From contig VXYT01000112.1 of NCBI GenBank assembly GCA_009845855.1, positions 8,472-72,471 on the forward strand: DNA of 64,000 bases, written 5' to 3'. The translations under genes were made by a program, and so were the position numbers. The DNA is from Candidatus Palauibacter ramosifaciens (lineage in GTDB: Bacteria; Gemmatimonadota; Gemmatimonadetes; Palauibacterales; Palauibacteraceae). Below, one piece after another: positions 45,792 to 56,656 of this stretch. The first letter of the stretch is position 1; every line of letters starts with the position of its first letter. A model generated the notes under the pieces. It ran no database searches. It saw only the letters and a program-made list of their open reading frames with translations, and was not told where the DNA came from.

Positions 45792-46695
45792 GCTCCCTTG
45801 CGACCGCCTCCGGCTCGTCCGCCGCCTCCGGTACGTCCTCCGCGGCCTCCGCGCCGGGCAACCGCGGCGCGCCGCCCTCCGAGCCTTCGAGCACGCGTTC
45901 GTCGACCGGAGCCGGAGCCTCGGACGCATCGTCGGCCGCGGTCGCGATTCCCTTGAACAGACCCACCATCGGGCCGAGTTCCACGGGAAGCGGGAAGAGC
46001 GTCGTCGAGTTGTTCTCCGCCGCGATCTCCGTCGCCGTCTGCAGGAAACGAAGCTGCAGCGAGGCCGGGTATTCGCTCAGCTGGCGCGCCGCGTCCCGCA
46101 GGTTCGACGCCGCCTGCAGCTCGCCCTGCGCGTTGATCACCTTGGCGCGCCGCTCGCGTTCCGCCTCCGCCTGCCGGGCGATCGCCCGCTTCATCTCGTT
46201 CGGCAGGTCTACGTCCTTCACTTCGACGCCCGTGACGTCGATCCCCCAGGCGTCCGTCCCCTGGTCGATGATGTCGCGCAGAATCTGGTTGAACTTCTCG
46301 CGCTCGGCGAGGACCTCATCCAGTTCCGCCTGCCCGATGACCGAGCGCAGTGTCGTCTGGGCAAGCTGCGAGGTGGCGAACAGGTAGTCCTCGATCTCGA
46401 GGATGGCCCGCCGGGGGGTCGCGACCCGGAAATAGAGGACCGCGTTGACCTTCACCGACACGTTGTCTCGCGTGATGACGTCCTGCGGCGGGATGTCCAT
46501 CGCGATGATCCGCAGGCTCACCCGCTCCATGCGTTCGACCCCGAACGGGACGAGGAAGATGAGCCCGGGCCCTCGGGTCGGACGCGCACGGCCAAGGCGG
46601 AAGACGACGGCCCGTTCGTATTCCTTGAGGATGCGGAGACTCGTCGCCAGCGCCAGCGCGCCCGCCCCGGCGAGGATGAAGAATAGAGGATCCAT
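45775..46695 (-). CDS. SPFH/band-7 (stomatin/prohibitin-like) membrane protein
   Basis: [36 protein letters not shown]... is the SPFH domain. A coiled-coil tail follows: [29 protein letters not shown]. The ATG at 46695 has SD GGAGGGAG. Confidence 0.85.
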   Translation of the reverse strand: MDPLFFILAGAGALALATSLRILKEYERAVVFRLGRARPTRGPGLIFLVPFGVERMERVSLRIIAMDIPPQDVITRDNVSVKVNAVLYFRVATPRRAILEIEDYLFATSQLAQTTLRSVIGQAELDEVLAEREKFNQILRDIIDQGTDAWGIDVTGVEVKDVDLPNEMKRAIARQAEAERERRAKVINAQGELQAASNLRDAARQLSEYPASLQLRFLQTATEIAAENNSTTLFPLPVELGPMVGLFKGIATAADDASEAPAPVDERVLEGSEGGAPRLPGAEAAEDVPEAADEPEAVARERDAAG

Positions 46696-46783
46696 GTTCA
46701 CTCCCTCCGACTGATCGCGGAGCGCGGCCCGGCTGATCGCGGCACCCGGCCGGGGGCTGCTCGCGTCGCCGGGCCGCGGTCCG

Positions 46784-47983
46784 CTAAGCGTCGACCTCCA
46801 CGATGACGGCCGCGCCCTGCCCACCCCCGATGCACGCCGCGCCCAGACCCAGGCCACCGCCCCGCCGCCGCAGTTCGTGCAGAAGATGGCCCGTGATCCG
46901 TGCCCCCGTCATGCCGAGCGGGTGGCTCAGCGCGATGGCTCCGCCGTTCACGTTCACCTTGTCGCGGTCGAGGCCGAGTTCGCGCTCGACCGCCAGATAC
47001 TGCGGAGCGAAGGCTTCGTTCACCTCGACGAGATCGATGTCGTCGAAGGTGAGGCCGGCCTTCTCGAGGGCGGCGCGCGAGGCGGGCGCGGGTCCGATGC
47101 CCATGATGTGGGGTGGCACACCCGCCACGGCGTACGACACGAGACGGCCGGCCGGCTCCAGGCCGTGCGCGGCGGCGTAGTCCCCGCCCGCCAGCACGAG
47201 CGCCGCCGCCCCATCCCCGATGCCGCTCGCGTTGCCGGCGGTGACGAGGCCATCCTGCTTGAAATACGGCCGAAGCTTCGCGAGCCCATCGACCGTCGTG
47301 TCGGGACGGAGATGTTCATCCCGCTCGAAGGACGTTTCCCTCCCCTTTCTTCCCACCATCATCGGCACCACCTCGTCCTCGTAGCGGCCGCCGTCCCAGG
47401 CCTCCGCCGCCAGCCGCTGGCTGCGCACGGCCGTCTCGTCGGCCTCCGAGCGCGAGATCCCGTATTCCTCCGCAAGATTCTCCGCCGTCTGGGCCATCGA
47501 GAAGCCGCAATAGGGATCCGTGAGAGCCTCCCACAGCGAATCCTCGAACTTCGGCGCGGGGCCCAGCCGCAGACCCCAGCGGGCCCCGCGAACGATATGC
47601 GGCGCCTGACTCATGGACTCGGCTCCACCCACCAGACAGACATCGCTTTCCCCGAGTTCAATCTCCTGCGAGCCATCGATCACGGCCTGGAAGCCCGAGC
47701 CGCACAGGCGGTTCACGGTGACGGCCGGCGTCTCGATCGGCAGCCCGGCCCGCAGCCCCACGTGCCGCGCGAGATAGATCGCGTCCGCCGACGTCTGCAT
47801 CACGTTCCCCATCACCACGTGCCCGAAATCGCCGGGCTCGGCGCCCGAGCGCTCGATCGCGGCTTCCGAGGCGACGACGCCCAGGTCCACCGCCGAGTAG
47901 TCCTTCAGGCTGCCGCCGAACGCGCCCATGGCGGTTCGGGCCGCGGAGAGAAACACCGTCCCGTTACCGTTGCTTTCGCTCAT
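46784..47983 (-). CDS. acetyl-CoA C-acetyltransferase (thiolase II)
   Basis: [24 protein letters not shown]... contains an active-site Cys ([11 protein letters not shown]). The C-terminal motifs [19 protein letters not shown] and [15 protein letters not shown] are present. Confidence 0.9.
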   Translation of the reverse strand: MSESNGNGTVFLSAARTAMGAFGGSLKDYSAVDLGVVASEAAIERSGAEPGDFGHVVMGNVMQTSADAIYLARHVGLRAGLPIETPAVTVNRLCGSGFQAVIDGSQEIELGESDVCLVGGAESMSQAPHIVRGARWGLRLGPAPKFEDSLWEALTDPYCGFSMAQTAENLAEEYGISRSEADETAVRSQRLAAEAWDGGRYEDEVVPMMVGRKGRETSFERDEHLRPDTTVDGLAKLRPYFKQDGLVTAGNASGIGDGAAALVLAGGDYAAAHGLEPAGRLVSYAVAGVPPHIMGIGPAPASRAALEKAGLTFDDIDLVEVNEAFAPQYLAVERELGLDRDKVNVNGGAIALSHPLGMTGARITGHLLHELRRRGGGLGLGAACIGGGQGAAVIVEVDA

Positions 47984-48121
47984 TTCGCAGAGTCCTTCCA
48001 TACCCTTGCCGGTCGCGCGACCGGTGTCGTGTGATGTCAGAGGTGACTTCGCCGGCACAGTCCGGCCGGCGGCGCGCGCGGATCAGGCTGCAGAGCCGCA
48101 CCGGGAACGTAGCGCGACGGA

Positions 48122-49192
48122 TCAGGCTGCGCCCGAGGCCACCCGGTCCGCGAGCCAGCCGCCGACCTCCGAGGTCGTCGCGCTCCCCCCCAGGTCCGGT
48201 GTCCGGATCCGCGAGTCGAGTGCCGCATTCACGGCGGCCTCGATGGCCGAGGCCGCTTCGTTCGAACCGTGATCCCGCAGGAGGAGCGCGGCGCTGAGCA
48301 CCGCGGCCATCGGATTGGCCCGACCCGTGCCGACGATGTCGGGGGCGCTGCCGTGCACGGGCTCGTACAGTCCATGCACACCCGGGTTCACGTTGGCGGA
48401 GGGCGCGAGGCCGGGCCCACCCACGATCTCGGCGCCGAGGTCGGAGAGAATGTCGCCGAGCAGGTTCGACGTGACGATGACCCCGAACCGTTCCGGCACC
48501 CGGATCATCTCCATGGCGAGCGCGTCCACGTAGCGCATCTCCGACTCCACCGCCGGATATCCGGCGGCGACCTCCGCGAACACGCGGCGCCAGAGCCCGA
48601 ACATGTGCGGCACCGCGTTGGCCTTGTCCGCGAGCGTCACCCGCAGCCCCCGTGGAGCCGCGTGCTCGAACGCCCGCCGCACGATCCGCTCCACGCCGAA
48701 CCGGGTCGCGACCGACTCCGACACTGCGACCTCATCGGGCGTGCCCTCGTGTTCGACCCGGCCGATGCCCACGTATAGGCCCTCCGTGTTCTCCCGGAAG
48801 ATCTCGAAGTCGATGGGCGCCGAGTCCGCCAACCGCAGCGGCGACAGCTCCGGCGCGCGCAACCGCAGCGGCCGGCGGTTCAGGAACAGGTCCAGCCGCA
48901 CCCGCAGGCCGAGAAGGAGGTCGCGCGCGTGGCGGCCATCGGGCACGCGCGGGTCGCCCACGGCGCCGAAGAGAATCGCGTCGAAGTCATCCCTCAGAGA
49001 CTCGAACGTTTGCTGCGACAGCGTTTCCCCGGTGGCGAGATAGTGGTCGGCGCCGTGCGGGAAGTGCGTCAGTTCGAGTTCTGACAGGCCTCTGGCGACC
49101 GCGGCCCCGAGCACGCGACACGCCTCGTGGGTGACCTCGGGGCCGATCCCGTCGCCGCCGATGACGGCGATGCGCAGCGGAGCCCTCGACAC
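48122..49192 (-). CDS. isopropylmalate/isocitrate/tartrate dehydrogenase family (LeuB-like) oxidative decarboxylase
   Basis: N-terminus RIAVIGGDGIGPEVT and the signature NLLGDILSDLGAEIVGGPGLAPSANVN. Confidence 0.85.
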   Translation of the reverse strand: MSRAPLRIAVIGGDGIGPEVTHEACRVLGAAVARGLSELELTHFPHGADHYLATGETLSQQTFESLRDDFDAILFGAVGDPRVPDGRHARDLLLGLRVRLDLFLNRRPLRLRAPELSPLRLADSAPIDFEIFRENTEGLYVGIGRVEHEGTPDEVAVSESVATRFGVERIVRRAFEHAAPRGLRVTLADKANAVPHMFGLWRRVFAEVAAGYPAVESEMRYVDALAMEMIRVPERFGVIVTSNLLGDILSDLGAEIVGGPGLAPSANVNPGVHGLYEPVHGSAPDIVGTGRANPMAAVLSAALLLRDHGSNEAASAIEAAVNAALDSRIRTPDLGGSATTSEVGGWLADRVASGAA

Positions 49193-49202
49193 CGGAGTAC
49201 GG

Positions 49203-50300
49203 CTAGCGTTCGATCTCGAGCGCGCCGACCCGGGCCGAGTCCTCGAGGAAGGCGCGCGCCGTCTGCCAGGAGACGGCGATGCCCGTCAGAGCCTGGAGCC
49301 GCATCGCCTCGTTTCGCATGAAGTCGGCCAGCGAAACGCCCGGCTCCTCGGACCCGTTGCGCATGGCTCGCACGATCCCATCCCAGTCTCCCTCGTACAC
49401 CACGCCGTTCGGGGCCCGCACGCGGTGCACCTCCACCGCCGACGCGTCGGGCGGACGACCGAACAGATCAAGCTGGCCCGTGCCGGGCCCCGCCGTCAAG
49501 CCGTTGGCACGGGCCTCGACCTCGGCAAGCACGCGTTCCTCCGCACTCGGTTCCGGCGCCAGTTCCTCCAGCGCCAGCAGGTAGGGCCGCAACTCCTCGG
49601 CGTCCGCCGGAAGATCTTCGAGTCGCCGCTTGAGGTCGACGACCCGCCACGCAACGATCGGGTCCGCAAGATCCGTTACCGGGATCGTCGCAAGCTGTCT
49701 GAGCGCTCCCCTGAAATCGCCGCGTTCGTAGAGCACGTTGCCGTAGAGCGCGCGGGCCTCCGCGAAGCGAGGATCCAGGCGCACCGCCTCGTGGCTCCAG
49801 AACAGGGCCGCCTCGGTATCGCCATCCCGGTAGAAGGTGAAGGCGAGATCCAGTGCGGCATCGGGGCTCTCGCGATCGGCGGCGAGGGCGAGCCGGAAGA
49901 ATCGCTCAGCCCGGCGCAGGAGACCCTCGCGCAACAAGCTGCGCCCGACGCAGAGCATGAGTTCAACATCCCGATCGTACCCCAGCGCGACGAGGCCTTC
50001 GAAGATCTGGAAGGCCGCCGCGCGTTCCCCAAGTTTCAGCAGGACGTCTCCCAGGCCGGCCAGCGCTTCCTCGTGCTCCGGGTCGATCCCGAGGACCCCG
50101 TCGAAGGCCGCGCGGGCCCAGGCGTATTCCTCACGGGCCAGCCGCGTATATCCTAGCGATACGAGGAGTTCGACCGAATCGGGATAACGGGTGAGGGCCT
50201 CCTTGAGGAGGCCAAGCGCCTGGTCGAAGTCGCCGGCTTCGTACAGCCGTTGCGCCTCGGCGTCGAACTGCTCGTAGTTCCAGGAGTCGGAGAGGTTCAA
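49203..50300 (-). CDS. TPR-repeat protein
   Basis: 34-aa TPR-like units recur, e.g. AQRLYEAGDFDQALGLLKEAL, FQIFEGLVALGY and YGNVLYERGDFRGALRQL. Confidence 0.7.
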   Translation of the reverse strand: MNLSDSWNYEQFDAEAQRLYEAGDFDQALGLLKEALTRYPDSVELLVSLGYTRLAREEYAWARAAFDGVLGIDPEHEEALAGLGDVLLKLGERAAAFQIFEGLVALGYDRDVELMLCVGRSLLREGLLRRAERFFRLALAADRESPDAALDLAFTFYRDGDTEAALFWSHEAVRLDPRFAEARALYGNVLYERGDFRGALRQLATIPVTDLADPIVAWRVVDLKRRLEDLPADAEELRPYLLALEELAPEPSAEERVLAEVEARANGLTAGPGTGQLDLFGRPPDASAVEVHRVRAPNGVVYEGDWDGIVRAMRNGSEEPGVSLADFMRNEAMRLQALTGIAVSWQTARAFLEDSARVGALEIER

Positions 50301-50428
50301 GTCCGGAACCTCAAGTCAGGAACCCTTCCGACCGTATTCGGCGAGCCAGAGCGGAGCCTTTCGTTGAAGGAGGCTCTTTCAACTTCGGACGCGATGCCCA
50401 CGCCAGCAAGTTCGAGGCTCGAATGCGT

Positions 50429-51787
50429 TCACGACTCGAGGGCTTCCAACAACCTCCCCACCCTCTCCTCGTCCACCCCGAGCAGGGTGAGCCGGGTGAT
50501 CCGCCGTTCGACCAGCTCCGTGACCTCCAGCCGCGCATCTCCCAGCGGGACACGGTCGCCCGGCGCCGGAATGCGGCCCAGCGTGCCGATCACATAGCCG
50601 GCCACGGTGTCGTACTCCTCGTCCTCCTCAAGATCGTCCAGGCCCAGACCCTCGAGGAGATCCGTGAACGAGACGCCCCCATCGAGTCCGACCGACCCGT
50701 CCGGCCCGACCTCGAGTCCCGCCTCCGCCTCGTCGTGCTCGTCGTAGATCTCGCCGACGATCTCCTCGAGAAGATCCTCCAGGGTGGCGATGCCGTCCGT
50801 GCCGCCGAACTCGTCGACGACGACCGCCATATGCGTCTTCCGGGTCCGCATTTCCGCCAGCAGGTCGTCGACCGCCTTCGACTCGGGGACGAAGAGCGCC
50901 TCGCGCATCACGTCCCGCGCCACGAGCCCCGTAGGGCGCGCCGCGAGGAGTTCCGCGAGCAGGTCCTTCACGACGACGATGCCGACGATGTCGTCCAGCG
51001 AATCGTCCGTGACGGGAAGACGCGAATGTCCGGACTCCGCCGCGACCTCCAGGATGACCTTGGCCGGATCCCCGGCCCCGACGGCGACGATGTCCGGCCG
51101 GGGCGTCATCACCTCCCGAACCACGGTATGCGTGAGATCGAACACGCCTTCGATCATCGCCTGTTCGTCCTTCTCGACCATTCCTCGTCGCCGACTCTGC
51201 CGGATGAGCACCTCGATCTCGTCCGGACTGTGCGCGTGTTCGACGCCGTGCGCGTCGCCCGCGGGGGCGCGGATCGTCCTCAGGAACAGCCGGGCCGAGC
51301 CGTCGAGCAGCCAGATCGCCGGCGTCGCGACGCGGTTGAAGGCGAGAAGAGGGCCGGCGAGGTAGCGGCTCACCGTCTCGGGACGAAGGAGCGCAACGGT
51401 CTTCGGCGCGAGTTCGCCGAGGACGATGTGAAGATAGGTGATGAGGATGAAGGCGACGACGACGGCCGTCGTGTGGAGCGCCGCCGGTCCCGCGGCGAGA
51501 CCCAGCGTGCCGAACATGGGCTCGATCGACCGCGCGAGCGCCGGCTCACCGATCCAGCCCAGGCCGAGCGACGCGATCGTGATCCCGAGCTGCGTACCCG
51601 AGATGGCGCGGTCGAGATTGTCCTGCGCCCGGCGCACGACGCCCGCCAGGCGATCACCGGCTTCGGCCAGTTCGTCGATGCGGGTGCGTCGCGCGCTGAC
51701 GAGCGCGAACTCCGCCGCAACGAAGAAGGCGTTCGCCGCTACGAGCGCGAGGACCGCGCCGAGCCTCAGAGCGAGTCCGAGGTCCAT
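50429..51787 (-). CDS. CorC/HlyC (TlyC) family transporter: DUF21 membrane domain + CBS pair + CorC_HlyC domain
   Basis: The N-terminal 4-TM DUF21 starts LALVAANAFFVAAEFALVSARRTR. CBS motifs include VREVMTPRPDIVAV. The C-terminal transporter-associated domain has YDTVAGYVIGTLGRIP. Confidence 0.9.
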   Translation of the reverse strand: MDLGLALRLGAVLALVAANAFFVAAEFALVSARRTRIDELAEAGDRLAGVVRRAQDNLDRAISGTQLGITIASLGLGWIGEPALARSIEPMFGTLGLAAGPAALHTTAVVVAFILITYLHIVLGELAPKTVALLRPETVSRYLAGPLLAFNRVATPAIWLLDGSARLFLRTIRAPAGDAHGVEHAHSPDEIEVLIRQSRRRGMVEKDEQAMIEGVFDLTHTVVREVMTPRPDIVAVGAGDPAKVILEVAAESGHSRLPVTDDSLDDIVGIVVVKDLLAELLAARPTGLVARDVMREALFVPESKAVDDLLAEMRTRKTHMAVVVDEFGGTDGIATLEDLLEEIVGEIYDEHDEAEAGLEVGPDGSVGLDGGVSFTDLLEGLGLDDLEEDEEYDTVAGYVIGTLGRIPAPGDRVPLGDARLEVTELVERRITRLTLLGVDEERVGRLLEALES

Positions 51788-51880
51788 TCGGCAATCCGAC
51801 TAGCGGGTGGTGTGGCTCCCGGTCTGTCCGGGGGCGGGGGTTCGTTCAGGCTACGTTACCTCGTTACCTCGCCGGTGGCG

Positions 51881-52147
51881 CTAGATCTGGGCTTCCTGCT
51901 CCGACTGCCGGGCGGCGCCGCCGTGCGGAATCGCCGGGGCACAGTACCGCTCGCCGATGGTGCGCAGGACAGACAGGTCACCGGGCGTCAACTCCGGATA
52001 TCGCTCTCCGAGGTACTGGATCGTATCGTCGAACCACTCCTGCCGCTGCTCTTCTTCCGCGTCGAGCACGCCACAGCGGCGGATGTGGCTGAACAGCTCG
52101 TCGCGGGCCCGGTCGCTCGAATTCGGCACATGATTTCCTTTGCTCAA
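51881..52147 (-). CDS. hypothetical small protein (88 aa, TTG start)
   Basis: ORF with SD GGAGGTG before the TTG. I recognise no family. Low support. Confidence 0.3.
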   Translation of the reverse strand: MSKGNHVPNSSDRARDELFSHIRRCGVLDAEEEQRQEWFDDTIQYLGERYPELTPGDLSVLRTIGERYCAPAIPHGGAARQSEQEAQI

Positions 52148-52291
52148 GGCACCTCCTTGCTGGTCGTCGTCGCCTTATGGGCTCCAAGACTAACCTAGGA
52201 CGTACCATGGCAGAAAGGGAGTGCCGCGCGGCCCCGGCGGCGGCCCCGGGCGACGCCGGCGCCCGCTCCGCCGATGGGCCCGGTTCGAACG

Positions 52292-53128
52292 TCAGCGATC
52301 GGCGTCCGCCGCATTCTGTTCGAAGTCGCGAAGATACATGTTCACGCTGCCTCTCCTCATGCGGCTCTTGATCTGCACGATGAGCCGACGATCGTCGTCC
52401 GAGATGAAGACCTCGGCCTGCCCCTCTTCCCCGAAGAGGCCATCGGTCTGGATGATGGGACGCACGACGAACGTCTCGAACGTCCCCGCGGGGACCCGAA
52501 CGCGCTCGCGGCGGAGAACCTCGACGATGACGGGATTGCCATCCTCTTCGAAGTAGCGGTCGAATTCATAGTTCTGTCCGACTGCAAAGGGGAGGGTCCG
52601 GATCAGGAAGAGATACGAGATCTCGTCCAGGGCGCCCTGCGGTATGGGAAGGTCCCGTTGCCGGCGGTGCGGACGGTAGGCTTGAATCTCCTCATCCCAG
52701 TCTTCCCGGGTCGCCGTCAGCGCGTCGTGATCCAACTCCCAGCGCTGGTGTCTCCGGTAATCGCCCTGATGCAGAATCTCCTCGAACCGGAGCGTTCGGT
52801 ACGGTTCCGTGGCGAGCCAGCTCACCGAGCGGTCGTCCATCCTGTAGAAGGGTATGCTCCCCTTCATCTCCATCGCGATCCGGTACGCGGGCGTGCTGCG
52901 GATCGTGTCCTGCGCTTCCACGCGCAGATGCATCCGCCCGAACCGCACGGGCCCGAACGTCACCGCGTATTCGGCTTCCTGACCGATCGCAAAGGGCCAC
53001 GCCCCGGGGAACGGACCACCGTCCGCCGCTTCCGATCCGGCCTGGCCCGCGAGGGGACCGACGCCGGCAAGGGAGGCGGAGAGAACCGACGCGAAAACCG
53101 TGGCGAGCCCGGGGCGACGCTTCGGCAT
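52292..53128 (-). CDS. secreted protein, DUF3108-like (tentative)
   Basis: Signal peptide MPKRRPGLATVFASVLSASLAGVG. Aromatic-rich beta-type sequence follows. The ATG at 53128 lies 1 nt after the upstream GT2 stop. The ORF-track N-terminal extension is Cys-rich junk. Confidence 0.45.
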   Translation of the reverse strand: MPKRRPGLATVFASVLSASLAGVGPLAGQAGSEAADGGPFPGAWPFAIGQEAEYAVTFGPVRFGRMHLRVEAQDTIRSTPAYRIAMEMKGSIPFYRMDDRSVSWLATEPYRTLRFEEILHQGDYRRHQRWELDHDALTATREDWDEEIQAYRPHRRQRDLPIPQGALDEISYLFLIRTLPFAVGQNYEFDRYFEEDGNPVIVEVLRRERVRVPAGTFETFVVRPIIQTDGLFGEEGQAEVFISDDDRRLIVQIKSRMRRGSVNMYLRDFEQNAADADR

Positions 53129-53129
53129 C

Positions 53130-53879
53130 TCAGGCGACATCCATGACCTGCCGGCCGATCTCGCGCAGGGCGCGGTCCCGGCCGACCGCGAACAGCTGCC
53201 GGAGCTGCTCGCCGGCCCGGAAGCGGGCCTCGCGGTATCGCCGGAGGGGATGCGGACCATGCGGAATCTCCTCGAATCTTCGTACAAACGGCCACACCTG
53301 CAGCAGCAGCGCGGCGTCGGCGGCCCAACCTTCGTACTGCAACAGCGGCCCATCGCCGGCGGCGACGGCGCCTTCCAGTGCGAACAACCTATATAACCGA
53401 AGAGAAGCATAAGGGTCCGTTACGGCTGGAGCCGCCAGCAGATGACGGGCGCAGAGCCGGCCGGCCGCCCGGGTCAGGCGTCGGGGCAGAGGTTCGGGTT
53501 CGGCGCGCGCGACCGTGACGAGGTCGGCGCCGCCCTCGAAGTGGCGAAGCATCTCCGGCAGGCGCTCGGGCGGATCGGAAAAATCTCCCTGCATGGAGAC
53601 GAACGCATCGCGCCGGGGATAGCCCGAGCGGCGGAGCGTCGCCCGGATCAGCCGGTCGAGGCTCGCGGCGTATCCCCGGCGTTCCTCGTTGCGGAGCACG
53701 GTCAGCGGGAGCACCCGCGGATACCGCTCAAGCGCTTCGGCCGTCCCGTCGTCCGAGGCATCGTCGCAGACGAGCACGTGAAACCGTCGCCGCTCGCCGT
53801 AGAGCAATTCGCGGATGCGCCACAGCAGCGGACCGATGGTCTCGCGCTCGTTATGTACTGGAATCCCGATGTGGATCAC
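53130..53879 (-). CDS. family 2 glycosyltransferase (DPM1-like)
   Basis: VIHIGIPVHNERETIGPL...FHVLVCDDASDDGT holds the DxD region. The GTG start at 53879 forms a GTGA overlap with the lpxL-like stop. Confidence 0.75.
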   Translation of the reverse strand: MIHIGIPVHNERETIGPLLWRIRELLYGERRRFHVLVCDDASDDGTAEALERYPRVLPLTVLRNEERRGYAASLDRLIRATLRRSGYPRRDAFVSMQGDFSDPPERLPEMLRHFEGGADLVTVARAEPEPLPRRLTRAAGRLCARHLLAAPAVTDPYASLRLYRLFALEGAVAAGDGPLLQYEGWAADAALLLQVWPFVRRFEEIPHGPHPLRRYREARFRAGEQLRQLFAVGRDRALREIGRQVMDVA

Positions 53880-54820
53880 GCCTGCTCCCCGCTTTGCGCC
53901 ACCGGCTTCCAGCGCCGGTGGAACCAGAAGTACTGCTCCGGCCGCCGTTCGATCTCCCTCTCCAGCGCCCGAACCCATCGCTTCGTGACCTCGGCCGGGT
54001 CGCCGGGGCGGGATCCGGCGCCGTCGATCTCTTCATGGACGATCCTGTACCCCGTCGGGTCTCGAACGAGAGCCGCGAAGAAGAGAGGGACATCGGCCGC
54101 GAGACACAAACGCGCGGGGGCGAGCGATGTCCACGCGGGGCGGCCCAGGAAGTCGATCGGGACGCTGCCGCGCCGGGCGTGCTGATCGGCCACGAGGGCC
54201 AGGATCCGGCCGGAGCGCAGGGCGTCGAGCGCGGGCCGCGCCGCCGCGTCGCGGTCGAGCACGTCCAGTCCCAGCCGCGCGCGCAGGTCGCGCAGCCGAC
54301 GGCCGAAGGCGCCCCGCTGACGCTGCACGACCGCCGTCACACGCACTCCGAGCGCCCGCACGGCGGCGCCGCCGAGCTCCCAGTTGCCGAGGTGCCCGGC
54401 GACGACCGCGGCGCCGCCCCGCTCCGCGATCGCGGCGTGCAGACGCGGACCCAGCCCGGCCTCGTCGGTGACGCGGGACAGCGTCCGCTCGATCCGGGGC
54501 GGGCCGCCCATGAGGAGCGCCGCCTCCCGGCCGAAGTGGCGGTAGCAGGCGCGAGCCGTGTCGCGCACCCAGTGCGGCGTCGCGGCCGGGAAGCTCGCGG
54601 CGAGCTGCGCGTCAACCACGCGACGACGCACGCGGAGAGGATCGCGACACAGCGCCCCGAGCGTCCGGCCGGCCGCGAGCGCCACCGGTTCCGGCGCCGC
54701 GCGCAGTCCCAGGTGCAGACCGGTCACACCGCCGTCCACCAACGCATCCGCGAGCCGTCGGCCGGCGCCCCGGCCGCCGTCCCCGCCACGCCGGCCGGCC
54801 CGGCCCGCCCGGCCCTTCAT
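53876..54820 (-). CDS. lysophospholipid/lipid A biosynthesis acyltransferase (LpxL/HtrB family)
   Basis: Carries the HX4D-type motif AGHLGNWELGG and a C-terminal EQYFWFHRRWK. ATGA overlap with the msbA stop. Confidence 0.8.
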   Translation of the reverse strand: MKGRAGRAGRRGGDGGRGAGRRLADALVDGGVTGLHLGLRAAPEPVALAAGRTLGALCRDPLRVRRRVVDAQLAASFPAATPHWVRDTARACYRHFGREAALLMGGPPRIERTLSRVTDEAGLGPRLHAAIAERGGAAVVAGHLGNWELGGAAVRALGVRVTAVVQRQRGAFGRRLRDLRARLGLDVLDRDAAARPALDALRSGRILALVADQHARRGSVPIDFLGRPAWTSLAPARLCLAADVPLFFAALVRDPTGYRIVHEEIDGAGSRPGDPAEVTKRWVRALEREIERRPEQYFWFHRRWKPVAQSGEQA

Positions 54821-56652
54821 GGTTGCGAGGCGTGTTCGAGCTGCCGGCCGAAGAGCCGGCGATACGTCCCGCCGCGAGAGACGAGCGCGTCATGGCGGCC
54901 GGCGTCCACGAGTCGCCCGCGCTCGAGGACGAAGATCCGGTGGGCCTCGCGCACCGTGGAAAGCCGGTGGGCGACGACGATCACCGTGCGGCCGCGAAGG
55001 CCTTCCGCCGCCGCCCTCAGCGCCGTCTCCGTTTCGGCGTCGACGGCCGACGTGGCTTCGTCCAGGATGAGGATGGGCGGGTCGTGGAAGAGTGCCCGCG
55101 CGATCCCGATGCGCTGGCGCTGTCCCGTCGACAGGCGCACCCCGCGATCGCCGAGCACGGTGTCGTAACCGTCGGGCAGTCCCGCGATGAATCCATGCGC
55201 CCCGGCCGTCCGCGCGGCCGCCTCGACCGCCGCCGGGTCCGGCGCGTCCTCCCCGTAGGCGATGTTCGCCGCCACCGTGTCGTGGAAGAGCACCGCCTCC
55301 TGCCCCACGAGACCGGTGAGGCGGCGCAGGGAATCCACCGAGAACTCCCGGATGTCCGTCCCGTCGATCGTGACCCTCCCCGCCTGCGGGTCCGCAAACC
55401 TGGGCAGCAGGTCGACCAGCGTGGATTTTCCGCTCCCCGACGCCCCGACGATGGCGACGACGGCCCCGTGCGGGATGACGAGGTCGACGTCTCGAAGCGC
55501 CGCCCGGCCTCGCTCGTAGGCGAAGCTGACCCCTTCGTAGCGGATCTCCCGTTCGGGGCCCTTCGCGATCCGCGGCCCTCCGGCCGGCTCCGGGTTCCGG
55601 TCGAGAATCTCGAAGAAACGGTCGGCCGCGGCGAGGCCCTGAGCGGCGATGGCCGGGTACTGCGCAACCCCCTTCACCGGTGAGATGGCGCGCAGCGCGA
55701 TGGTCACGAATGCGACAAACTGTTCAGGCGCGATGGACCCGCCGTTCTCCACGAACGACGCCCCGACCCAGACGAGCCCGAGCGCCACGACGGACGCGAG
55801 CGTTTCGGAGATGGGCGATGCGAGGTGCCGGGTCGTGGCCGCCGCGATCCGCTTGCGGCTGAACGCGTCCGAACGATGTCGAAAACGCTTCTTCTCGAAG
55901 TCCTCGGCAACCCTCGACTTCACGAGCCGCACCGCGCCCAGCGATTCCTGCAGCGCCGCGACGAGTTCGCCGTGGTCATCCCACGTGCGGCGGAACCTCT
56001 CGCGCAACCGGCCGAGCAGCGGCCGCAGGCCGAGCCACACGAGCGGCACCAGGATGGCGGCGACCAGCGCCAGCCTCCACGAGAGCGCGAACAGCGCCAC
56101 GGCGTACGCCGCGAGGGTCGCCGCCTGGCGCACCGCCTGCGCGAGCGCGTCGGTCACGACGGGCTTCGCCTCCCCGGCATCCGCGATCACGCGCGCGATC
56201 AACTGTCCCGCCTTGCCGCGCTCGAAGAAGGCGAGCGGCAGGTGCTGCAGGTGCGCATGCACGGCGTTGCGCACATCGCGGACGAGGAACTCCTGGGTGC
56301 GGATGGAGAGCACTCGCCCCCCGACGACGCAGAGGTTCTTGAGGAGGAGCGCGGCCAGCACCAGTACGCACACGGCCCGCAACCCGTCCAGCCCCGCTTC
56401 CGGGCCGAGCCACCCCCCCGCGATCCCGTCGATGAAGCGCTCCGCCGCATTCCGTCCGCCGCCGGGCAGCGGAGGCCCCATGCCGAAGAGCGAGCGGAGG
56501 AACGGGATCAGAAGGAGGAGGCTGAACGCTTCGAGTCCTGCCGCGAGCACGCCCAGCGCCAGGCTCGCGAGGAAGGTCCAGCGATAGGGGTGCAGGAACC
56601 GGAGCAGCCGCCGATACGACGAGGCGCCCCCCCCGTTCCGCCCCGCGTTCAT
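54817..56652 (-). CDS. msbA: ABC transporter ATP-binding/permease protein (MsbA-like lipid A/lipid exporter)
   Basis: A 6-TM N-terminal domain precedes the NBD with Walker A GASGSGKST, signature LSTGQRQRIGIARAL, Walker B ILILDEATSAVD and H-loop VVAHRLST. Confidence 0.85.
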   Translation of the reverse strand: MNAGRNGGGASSYRRLLRFLHPYRWTFLASLALGVLAAGLEAFSLLLLIPFLRSLFGMGPPLPGGGRNAAERFIDGIAGGWLGPEAGLDGLRAVCVLVLAALLLKNLCVVGGRVLSIRTQEFLVRDVRNAVHAHLQHLPLAFFERGKAGQLIARVIADAGEAKPVVTDALAQAVRQAATLAAYAVALFALSWRLALVAAILVPLVWLGLRPLLGRLRERFRRTWDDHGELVAALQESLGAVRLVKSRVAEDFEKKRFRHRSDAFSRKRIAAATTRHLASPISETLASVVALGLVWVGASFVENGGSIAPEQFVAFVTIALRAISPVKGVAQYPAIAAQGLAAADRFFEILDRNPEPAGGPRIAKGPEREIRYEGVSFAYERGRAALRDVDLVIPHGAVVAIVGASGSGKSTLVDLLPRFADPQAGRVTIDGTDIREFSVDSLRRLTGLVGQEAVLFHDTVAANIAYGEDAPDPAAVEAAARTAGAHGFIAGLPDGYDTVLGDRGVRLSTGQRQRIGIARALFHDPPILILDEATSAVDAETETALRAAAEGLRGRTVIVVAHRLSTVREAHRIFVLERGRLVDAGRHDALVSRGGTYRRLFGRQLEHASQP

Positions 56653-56656
56653 CGAG